64,000 bases of DNA, taken from NCBI RefSeq assembly GCF_036321535.1, contig NC_087436.1, positions 16,430,001 through 16,494,000 on the forward strand, written 5' to 3'. The translations under genes and the position numbers were made by a program. Of this stretch, positions 24,731 to 34,487 are shown piece by piece. Position 1 is the stretch's first letter. Every line of letters starts with the position of its first letter. The notes beneath the pieces were generated by a model. It saw only the letters and a list, made by a program, of their open reading frames with translations, made no database searches and was not told where the DNA came from. The DNA is from Camelus dromedarius. Taxonomy: Eukaryota.

Positions 24731-25749
24731 TCTTCCTCCAAGACGGCATCACTGACCAGACTTTTTCAATATGGTTCATCTCTTCCAAACTGTCCTCATG
24801 CTCTCCTAATTCACATTTCACAATCTTATTCCTGAAAATATTCATATATTCCGTACATCTCCACATCCTAGCCATCTTTCTGAAGAGGGCAAACACACTG
24901 AGTCTTGGTTGAGCCCAGCAGGCCTCCCACGAGGGCTTCAGCAGGTCACTGCTTCCCTGTTCAAACGTCAGCTCCTTTACACGCGGGTCCCCTGCTGGAG
25001 GAAGCAAATGAACAGAAACCAAACACACGCCTCTCTCACTGCACAGGAGCGGAGGAACCCAGTGATCAAGTGCCTGTATTTCACTTGGATTCTCAGACCA
25101 GAACAAGAGCTCAGTACACGTCTGCTAAGGGTGTGGCTGAATGAACAACTTGCTTGTGGTGTGGCCTTTACTGAGGACCAGCACCTAGACAGCCAGGCCC
25201 TGATTTACCCTGGATGACTGGTTGTCTCCAAAAGAGCACAGCTTTGGCGTCTGTGGAATCTGAAACCGCCTCGTGGCTCCATCCCCTGCCAATTCTATGA
25301 CCTGGGTTATGTCACCTGACTTCTGGCCTTGCTCCCTGACCACCACTTACCGCTCCCGGTGTTCGTGGGATTAAGATAATCACAAAAGAACCACTTGGCC
25401 ACACTGCCACACCAGAGTCAGGCTACCTCCTGTCCCCAGGCCCTCTAAGGGGGCACAGAGGGCGGAGCAGGTGCTGGACAGAAGGTGCTCCTGCTCCTGT
25501 CACCAGGCACTGGCACTGCCCTGGCCACTTATTTTCTTAAGTCTTTAGCAAACATCTTTGAACCTCATAGTTCCAGGGAGGGAGTCAGGTTTCAGGCTCT
25601 GATCAGTTCTGGAGCCTTCGCTCTGTCATTTTTCTATTTTCGTCTTTATTATTTTCATTTTTCTCTTCCATTCTTTTACATTAGCTTTTCACTTCCATTA
25701 ACACAAATTTTTCTCTTGGAAGCCATGATAAAGCTTATTCTTTAACCAG

Positions 25750-26290
25750 TCAGTGAGGAGAGTGACAAGCAGAATGTTCTGGATCTGTCCATCACCACCC
25801 ACCTCCTGAGGACTACCCCTGCCGGAGCTGTGCCACCAGGAAGCCCATGTGCATTTTGTACCAAGTGGCTGGGCTGGATCCTGGCTCAGCACCAGCCCAG
25901 AGAGAAATCACCGCCCAGCAATTTGAATGAAGAGACCCAGAGCTGAAAGAGATGGATTCAAGCCCTGGCATTGTCCAGCCTTGAGAAGCTGGGGACAGAA
26001 GCAGTTCCAGGCTAAGCCAGAGCCACAGGCAAGCAGATGTTATGAGGGAGCAGAAACCAAGAACCAAAATAACACTGAAAGAAGCAGAGACAGGAGACAG
26101 CACCATCTCTGAGAAAGACCGACAGAGACAGATGGGAATAGTGCCCTGACTCCCCGGTTCCCTTAAAGCCTGACAGTCTCTCACTTGTTCCGTTAGAGTC
26201 CTTTGCTGTACACGAATAATCCCCGTTTACTTCTGAGCCCTTGTTATGTGAGTTTCTGCACCTGTAATCAAATACACTTGAACCAAGACA
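25750..26290. mobile_element. Probable MaLR (MLT-type) LTR relic
   Basis: End motif tgagtttctgcacctgtaatcaaa plus general MLT-like text; weak. Confidence 0.4.
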
Positions 26291-26449
26291 CAGCCGCGTG
26301 TTCTGCCCAAACACCTCTTCCTGTGGTGGCCCCAAGACTTCACAGAAGCCGATGCTGGCACCGACCAGAACCTGGGTCGCGGAGGTGCTGCTTGGATCAC
26401 ACAGCCTTTGCAAAACAACAACACGGGGACCTCTGCCCACCCTGATCGC

Positions 26450-27464
26450 TTTTTTCGAGAAGGAAGAGTTTATTGTAGCTAGGGTACACTTGTAGGAGGC
26501 AAAAGTCTAACAATGAGAATGAACTACAGGCCCACCCGTTTAGAAGATGAGCACGTAAAACAAATACACTGATTATGTACAACCATTAAAAAGAGCAGGG
26601 TGGTGGAAAAAAGGAAAAACTGCCAGCAGCCTTCCAGGTTAACAGCAGAGGGTGTCTGCAGGCACCTTCCCGCCCAGTCCCCACGGTGCCCGGACGCGCG
26701 CTTGCCCAGGGGTAGCTGCGGCCGCCGCGGGTGACAAGCAGATGGGGAGAGGAGGCTCCGGTGGCCCCTCGGGCCGCTGGTTGGTCCCCCTCTGCCCACA
26801 GCTGGACCCCGAGAAGGCAGCGCCTGCCGGCGAAGCCACACGCACCGCGCCCCTCGGTAAAAAGCCCCGAGAACCACGTCGTCAGCACGTCTGTAACACA
26901 CGGGGACTCACACAACGTCTAGGGAGGAAGTGACCTTCCCCGCGGCCGGTGCACAAATACCCAGCGCTGTCTTAAGCGAGCCCCTCGCGCAGCCGTGCGG
27001 GCGGCTCCTCCGCGCGCCGGGCTCAGTGTCCCGGGACGGGGTGTCCGCTCCGGCGCCCGCTCCTCCCGGTAGGAAGCCAGCCGCGACCTGGTCAGCAGAC
27101 GAAGGACGCCCACAAAGGGGCCAACGCGGCTCTGAGCTGTAAGAAAAAAAGGAGCCCCCGAGTTTACTTAAATAAGGGAGAGAGCTTGGCTCATCCAAAG
27201 TGTTTTCTATAAAAATGCACTCGGCGCCGGAGGAATGTTGCATGTTCTCCCAGCGACGCTGTCAAATGTCCACGGAACTGAAAAGACGGAGAATGCAGAA
27301 GCCGCCGCTCCGGGGACCCGTCCCCAGAGCTGACGCGCACACGGCGCCTCCAGGGCCCGGGCCGAGCGGGGCGGGAAGCGGCGGCCGGGCAGGTGCGCGC
27401 CCTGGACCCCGGCGGTGCAGTCAGTCGGTAGGTCGGTCGGTCGGTCGGCGGGGGCGGCGGCGGC
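26450..27464 (-). other. DCLK2: DCLK2 3' UTR (3' end approximate)
   Basis: Between the TGA at 27465-27467 and the minus-strand AATAAA. Confidence 0.65.
26469..26474 (-). terminator. DCLK2 polyadenylation signal AATAAA (minus strand)
   Basis: Plus-strand tttatt, about 1 kb downstream of the DCLK2 stop; TGTA motifs upstream on the minus strand. Confidence 0.7.
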
Positions 27465-27950
27465 TCAGTCGCGGTGGCGGCGCCAGGTCCCGGCCCGCTC
27501 GCAGCTCGCGGCGGCGGCAGGAGAGCAGGGGCGCGGGGGAGACCCCGGGGGCGCGGGGGGCTCCGGGGCGGCGGGCTGCACCCCGGGCCGGCTGCCGTCC
27601 GCGCAGAGCTTGGGGCCGCCGAAGATCTGCCCCTCCTTATCTAGAGCCGTGTTCTGCGGAGAGAGCAGCGAGACAGGGCGTCAGGCCGCCGGCCCGCCAC
27701 CGCGACCTGGCGCGCGGTGGGCATGCACGGCCGGGGACAGGAGAGGAGGAGTAACGCCCAGCGCCCCCACCCCGAGCGGCGCCCGGCCTGGCCTCTGCTC
27801 CTACTGCGGCCCCGACGGACGCGGCCGGGCGGATCCTCCCGGCCCCGCGCTGAGCCTGGGTCCTGAGCGCCTCTTCCCGAGCTCTCGAGCCCAGAGGAGT
27901 CCTGGACGAGGAGCAAACCCTACGAGAACGCGAGTCTCTGACAGCTCACT
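26650..27950. promoter_or_regulatory. CpG island spanning the DCLK2 terminal exon and proximal 3' UTR
   Basis: Very GC-rich with dense CpG (many cgcg, gcggcggc, ccgg) compared with the flanks; judged by eye, ratios not computed. Confidence 0.8.
27465..27653 (-). CDS. DCLK2: DCLK2 terminal coding exon (NTALDKEGQIFGGPKLCADGSRPGVQPAAPEPPAPPGSPPRPCSPAAAASCERAGTWRRHRD*)
   Basis: Acceptor ctctctccgcag|AAC ACG GCT, 189 nt including TGA, phase 0; both ends match the DCLK2 tail as I recall it. Confidence 0.95.
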   Translation of the reverse strand, partial: NTALDKEGQIFGGPKLCADGSRPGVQPAAPEPPAPPGSPPRPCSPAAAASCERAGTWRRHRD

Positions 27951-29756
27951 TTTCTAAACTAGGTTCCCCATCAGGGGCTGGAAAGTTACTCAGATGTATA
28001 AATAAGTAACCTCCTTACAACCCTTGCGGCTACATAATCTGTAAAAGCCCCGGGAATCGATGGTGCCATATTACCCGTTTTTGGATCCCCCATCGTCTCC
28101 TGACCTGCTGTCCTCTTCCTGCCTGGGTTTCTTTATCCTGTCACACTCCCGAGGGTTTTCATCTGCTCCACTCCTCCGGGAGCACAGAAATGGCCCTGCT
28201 TTCTAACCCCAGACTGAGAGGGGGGACCTAAGTCTGCCTTCCTCGTCCTCCTCTGACTCAGTTTCTGTACCTCTTCTCCTCCAGGGAGGTCTCACTGGGT
28301 TTTCCAAATGCGGAGCTTTCAGTCCTCAGGCTGAAAGGCATGTGGGCCAGAAGCTGTTCTGTGATCTAACTACCTGAAGGGGAAAATGCACCACTGATCC
28401 CTTCAGTACTCTGGGGAGAAAGAAGGACAACCGCTGGGCTTCCTCGGATGGACTTGTGCGGCTGCCTTCAGGGCGCCTGGTGTCAGCTGTGAACAGGTTT
28501 CTCCACAAGCCCTTCCCAGCTCAAGATGAACCCAGCAGCTGCCAAGGACAGTTTCAATTACCTGGAGAAGAGGTAACTGTGGAAAAGCCCAATCAGAAAC
28601 TCAGCATCGCTCTTTAACAAGCTTCCAAGCCCCTAGTATGAGCAGAGGCCAGGCCACCCCTCAGTGAAAACACCGAAGTCACAGAGCGTCAGCGTTCACT
28701 GTTTTCAGCCATAAATTGGCCCCTGGGCAGAAGAAACAAACTGCCCTGCAGTTATTTCTCCTCTTCTCTTCCCGGCAAGAACATGTATGTGTGCAGCGGA
28801 AAGCAGCAGGGCCGTGCAGTTAGTACGTACCATCGCCTTGGACCTAGTCAGAGGGAAGCAATGCAGGCAGCGGGAGAGGCAGAAGGCAGGAGAGAAGCGG
28901 GGACAGAAACTAGACTTACTTTCAACAGAAGCAACACGATCAAAACAGTTCTGTCTCTCTTAAATTAAGCCCAGATCATTCCCAACTTCCCCCAAAAGAA
29001 GCATGATCCCCTGAGCGGGGAAGAACCCCTTTCCAATCCATCCTTTGTCCGGTGGCCACAAGATGCAGCAGGAAGGGGTTTCTTCTAATTCCCCTTCCCG
29101 CCATGAGGGGGCCTCTTCTGGTCCCCAAGGTGGGGTGAGCCCACTAGGAGAGGCGAGAAGCCCCCCCTCGGGTGCACTGTCCTTTCTTAAGCATCTAAGG
29201 ACAAGTCACAGACAATGCAAGTACAATCTGAAACTACAGGCCCGTCTTAAACCAAACTCCTCTCCAGTATCATTCTCCTACCCCAAAGCCTCGCTGACTC
29301 TACACTGTCTTACTGATAAAAATGCATCTTTGCAAATGCATCTGAGAAAAGAGAACAAAAGCCTTCACAACGGTCCCCATCTTATGCTGTCGTTCACGAA
29401 AAGATGCTTTTTCATCTAAGTGAAAAGCAGCCTTTAGCAGAACTCCTGGAGTCCTCCGTGCACTCGCCAGCTTCTGGTCTGGGAAGGAAGGCAACGTGGC
29501 AAGCTGAGACGTTTTAAAGTGAGGTTTCCAAGGGTGTGCGTGGCTGGCCGAAACAGGTGTCAGCAGGTGCAGGAGACCTGCACCCGTGAGAGGCTGAGAG
29601 CTGGATGCTGGTGTCAAGTCTGAGAGAAGCATGCAGATTCAAGAGGGGCTGGGAATTAGAGCTGCTCTGGTTAAGCACAGTATGGTGAGTACCCGAATTC
29701 TGCTCCAGGATCCCCAGAGTCTGAACGGGGTACACACTGAAACTCTGAAGTGTCTC

Positions 29757-29774
29757 TCAAACTGTCAAATCAAA
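29757..29774 (-). CDS. DCLK2: DCLK2 alternative exon, coding part FDLTV* (exon may extend to a donor at 29693)
   Basis: gttttgtttgacag|TTT GAT TTG ACA GTT TGA, in phase 0 with the preceding exon; I recall a human DCLK2 isoform ending ...VIMFDLTV; candidate donor CGG|gtactc. Confidence 0.7.
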   Translation of the reverse strand, partial: FDLTV

Positions 29775-32475
29775 CTGTCAAACAAAACGCAGACAACAGC
29801 ATCAGCTTTACTTTCTTGCACTGCTATTTACCATCCTAGCCTGTAACTTTCTCAGGGGAGCCTCAGGCTCCAACTCTGGGGGGCTGAGGTGGAGAGGACA
29901 CGGCAGGGGTGGGGAGCAGCACAGAGGAAGGCTCCGTCTGGGGTTGACAGCTCCTGAAGCGTCCCCACCGGTTCCACCACCATTTGTATCCGTAGGAAAC
30001 CACACAAGCCTCACATACTCCAGCTATGAGAACATATAAACACCAGGGAGAGGTATTTCTGATGAATGATTTTTAAATAAACATTTGAAACTGTTCCCAA
30101 GGCCAGGACACAGACACGCAGCAATGGTGACGAGGACGAGGATGAAGCCATGGAAGCAGCTGCAAGCCGCCCCCACACAACCGTGCCCCAGGCAGGCTCC
30201 TCAGCTGCCTTCTCGCCCCTGCTTTTGGGGACAAGCCAAAATTCACAGGCTGGCTTTTTGGCCGTTGAGAATTGGTACCTCCAGGGACAGGCTTCCCTGA
30301 TTTCTCCCGCAGGTACTGAGAGTGAGGACATCCGCCAGCACTTCCCAGCGCTCACGAGCTGCAGAGTTGTGTAGGAGACGTGGGGTTGAATGGAGCCCAG
30401 CCAACATGCCCAAGGTGACACTGAACACACACGTGAACATACAACTTTTACAATCACCGCTCGGATTACAAATGGGAGAGCCTTGTTCATTCACACAAAC
30501 ATCCTGTTAAAAGTTCAGGAGTTTGAAATTTAACGGTTGAACTCCATCAGCAAATGGAAAAAATGCCATTTGTAAACCATAAGATAGGTTTCTGTGGGTA
30601 AGAGGGCTGAAACCTCCTTCTGCAGAACAGAGCTTACACTGGGCCAGAAGGGCTGATCATTCCAGAACTGTGGCAGGCCACAGGCCTCACGCCATCCATT
30701 CCCATGGGCCATGAGTCAACAGGCGACCCCGGGAACTCGGGGAGAACTTGGGTGAGCCCGGCCCACCCTACAAAGGCTCGTCCACTAGGAGACGCAGATG
30801 CTTCGTTAATATGTGCTTATTAAATTGTACTTCTAATAAAATCAATCTTAAGGTTTTTGATTACATGTTGAGGGTCCCAATTTTCAGTGTTTCCAATTTT
30901 TCTCAATTCCTGCCAGGCTGCAAGGCCTCACCCTCCCGGCAGCCTTTTCGCTGGGAATCAACCTCGCGCTGGGGGCTCAGTCAAGGTGGCTCTTTCCAAA
31001 GGCTCTCTTCTGCAAGTCTGTGACAACCCTGGCTCTCCTAGGCTTCAGCAGAACTGCTAAGTGCCAGGAAGACCACAACTCCAGAGGCCTCACTATTTTG
31101 GCGCAGAGCACCCCAAGGTCCCACAACTTGTCAGGGGACCCACGTGTGAGCCTTGGGGCGGGCGGCAGCTTCCCAGCAGGAGGAGCCCCGAGGACAGACA
31201 GACAGCCACCAAACACATGCGGCCTCCCCAGGGAGGAGGACAAACCAGCAGTGCTGGGACAGCGCTGGAGGCCCAGGGACACAGCGCGCAGGCCACACTC
31301 ACAAGGTGGGTTCCCTCCAGCTTCCACCTGGACCCGAGTCCTTGGAGGGGAGGTTCCTAGACTTCAATGTGCCACAAGAATTGCAACTGTTCTCCTTCCA
31401 GTCGGGGAGGAAACCAGAAGCTCTCCAGAGGGGGCGGGCTCTCCAGATGGAGCCGGGGAGACAGCCCGTCACTCTCTGTCCAGCTTCTGGGGACCCAACA
31501 AGCCGTGGATTCTCACTGTCCGGGGGGGCCAAGACGCCTTCTCCTTACACAGTCTGACTGTCTGCTCTGGGGAAGGAAGTCGCCGCCAGCTCCCTGATTC
31601 TGTGAGCCGTGTGGGGGGGGAACAGAGATCACAGCCGAGGTGCTGGTGCTTCAGTCGTGGCACCGAGGTAGGTGGGGACACGCTGGGGACACGGCCCCAC
31701 CTCGGCAAGAACTTGGGTCTGGACAGCTGGTGGTGGGTGTGCTGAACACACTTCTGGCTCAATTTTATTTTTCCTCCCTTCTCCTCCCTTTTGCTGAACT
31801 TACTTTAACGTTACTTCACGTACTTTAATGCCATGGGTCATCTGCTGCGCTTGTGGATTTAGGTAAGCTACCTTAAACATTTTGGAAGAAGGAAGATCTG
31901 AAGAAATACAGGGACCACTATTACTGACTTCTCATAAAATTTTACCAACCTTGAAAAAAACTAGTATTTTTCTCATTGTTCTCAACTTTTAAAAGTCCAA
32001 AACACCGATTTTTTTTTTAATGGATTTAACTCTGGCTCTTTCTTATCCCAAGTCCCAAAGATTAATTCAGATCTCAATCTATTTGTGAAGCCTGGGGGAT
32101 CAGGGAGTTACTTCCTTACACTGTCAGTCCCGCCTGGGCTCAGGGCTGGAGAGCAGAGATGAGAACAGAAGCAGCTGCCAGGAGGGCGCTGGGGCTCCCT
32201 CAGGAGAGAAGGCCGGGGCTCCCTGGCCAGAGGCCCGTCAGCCTGGCCTTGCCGGGACCTGTGCAACCTCTCATCCGAGGACTCAAGGCCCAGGAGTCGG
32301 CCAAAAGGCGCCCTTCACATGCCAAGCCGTTCCTGAGGTGGGGAAAGGAGCGTGGAAGGCGCCCACCACCACGGGAGGAAGCTCTCAGCTACTGACTTTA
32401 CAAGATTCAGTGACGACTGGGCCATCAGGCCAGACCCTGCAGCTATGCAAGGGCAGAGCCCCGCGTCCCACTTAC

Positions 32476-32592
32476 CATGATAACGGAGACCCCGGTCGTG
32501 GTGCTGTTCTGTTTGGGGAGCGCATTATTAAAGTGCTGTTTTAGTTTACCTGTGACTTCTGCTTGCATATTATTCTCCTGGGAGGCGTCATC
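32476..32592 (-). CDS. DCLK2: DCLK2 exon (DDASQENNMQAEVTGKLKQHFNNALPKQNSTTTGVSVIM), post-kinase segment
   Basis: tttttctatag|GAT...ATG|gtaagt, 117 nt, phase 0-0. Confidence 0.96.
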
Positions 32593-33686
32593 CTATAGAA
32601 AAAAATCAAAGACGATGATTTTGACTCTCACGTCTAAGTGGTCTCTTCCTGAACCGCACCCACCACCCGTCACCACCACCATCTCCCTCCTAAATAGGCC
32701 CGTCTTAGCCACAAGCGCAGGGGGACGATGACCTTCCTTTTAAACATAATTACTGCTTCTCAGCAGTCCCCTGCCCTCGGAAAGAGCCTCCACCACTCAC
32801 TTCCCTCCTTAGGGCTGGAGCAGGCCCAGGAGAGGGCAGAGGTCCCAGGGGCACAAGAAGGGCATTCTTCAGGGTTCTGAGGCCCTCCCCCACCGCACAA
32901 ATGCCACCTAATTTGGTACAGATCCCTACTGTGGAAACTCAAAATGAATGAACAGTTTATCATCTCAATCAAGAATTCAGTTAGCATTTAGTCTTCTTTA
33001 TTGCTCATAAAAAAAATGTGGCAGCTCAGCTACTTGGTCCAAAAAGCCAAGTCACTTAGCAGGATCCAGAGAGGTTGTCAGAATGTGTGGGACAGCGAGG
33101 TGGCAGAGGTGCACAGGGAGCCCCCTGAAGTCGCAAAAGCCCTTGAATTAACTGGACTCTCCTGGAGCCTCCAGGACTGAGGGGAACACAGAGTCTCCAG
33201 CTGTCACCATTTTGTGGACCGTGTTTACAAACCTGGAGGCACCGCCCAAGCTCAGAGAAGCTCCAGGCAACACTACACGTCCCCTGCTCCACTCTGGCAG
33301 GGACTGGGGCTCGGCAGCCCCACCACACCACGAGCTCTCCTGTGACCATGTGCCGTGAAGACAGGCTCTGAAACAGGGTCAACTCTGAGCAAATCCCAGA
33401 AACTTTCAAACCCCAGAACATCCTTTTAGAGCATCCTGGCCAAACCTTCCATCTCACAGATGTGGAAACTCAGGCCCAGAAAGGGACAGTGACTTGCCAG
33501 GTCACTCCCAGAGCGGGGTCCCTGTGCCACCCGCCTTCTCCCAGAGAGCTATCTCTGCGCTACTTGCTCACTAGAGAAAACAGACGTTTAATCCGCCGTG
33601 GACCTTGGATGCAGAACTTTGCGTGTACCAAAGCCACGGCGGGGAGGAACACAGAGCTGTTCACCCCCTGGAACGTAGGTACTTAC

Positions 33687-33767
33687 TGACACCCAGGGGT
33701 GACTCAGGATTTGCCCCGCCGTACACCGCGCTTCTACGTTTACCTGAAGCATCTGACTGATTAATTC
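33687..33767 (-). CDS. DCLK2: DCLK2 exon (ELISQMLQVNVEARCTAGQILSHPWVS), kinase subdomain XI
   Basis: ctttctttccag|GAA...TCA|gtaagt, 81 nt, phase 0-0. Confidence 0.96.
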
Positions 33768-34390
33768 CTGGAAAGAAAGAGGGAGGGAAGGCAGAGGAGA
33801 CAAAAGCAGGGTAATTCCAGCATCAACACAGAAATCTGAGTTTGCACCAAGGACTTCAAAGAACAGCCAACACAGATGCTCAGGCATTTGAAAGTAAAAG
33901 CTATTGTCACCTCAGCTCCCCGTGCTTACTGGGCAGTGACACAGACAGCTGCCTCGCATCAGCAGCAGTGAGAGGAGCAGAGGGCTCTCATGGGTCTGCA
34001 CTAAAGCAGGACGCTCTCTCCTAAGAGTTCTGGTCATTATCAACATCCCACAGCGCAACACCGCAGTGCCGCTGCTCCTCCGGCAACTCAGCCTGTCTCG
34101 CGAGTCCACTCCTACAGCCTGATGGGTGTCCAACAAGCATTCCTTGAATAAATGAAAGAAAGAATGTTCGGGGCTTAGAGGAGCACAGGAGGATGGTAGC
34201 GGCAAACTGGGAAGACAGCCAGTCCAGCTTTCAGAATCTGCTTAAGCGTTTCAGAGACTATACTGTGGAATGAACTTAAAGAGGAACCACGCATTGAGTC
34301 CAGACGGACCAGGAGCTGCTGCGGCCCCACATGACGGGTGAGGACCCCTCGACGTGACGCACCCCCCCAGACACAGGCCGGGATGGGTAC

Positions 34391-34487
34391 CTTTGCTGAG
34401 TCCGTGATGTTATCCCAGTAGGGGGCTGGAAACTCCAGCTTCCCAGCCAAGATCTGGTCGAAGAGATCTTCTTGCAGATTGTTCTCA
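34391..34487 (-). CDS. DCLK2: DCLK2 exon ([33 protein letters not shown])
   Basis: tttccttgccag|T GAG...AAG|gtaccc, 97 nt, phase 2-0. Confidence 0.96.

Noticed and set aside
27200..27957. 184-aa and 180-aa plus-strand Arg/Gly/Pro-rich ORFs
   Set aside because: Expected from stop-codon scarcity in a CpG island; they are antisense to the real DCLK2 terminal exon.
31020..31745. 241-aa plus-strand ORF
   Set aside because: GC-rich intron, non-ATG start, several overlapping open frames and no protein-like features.
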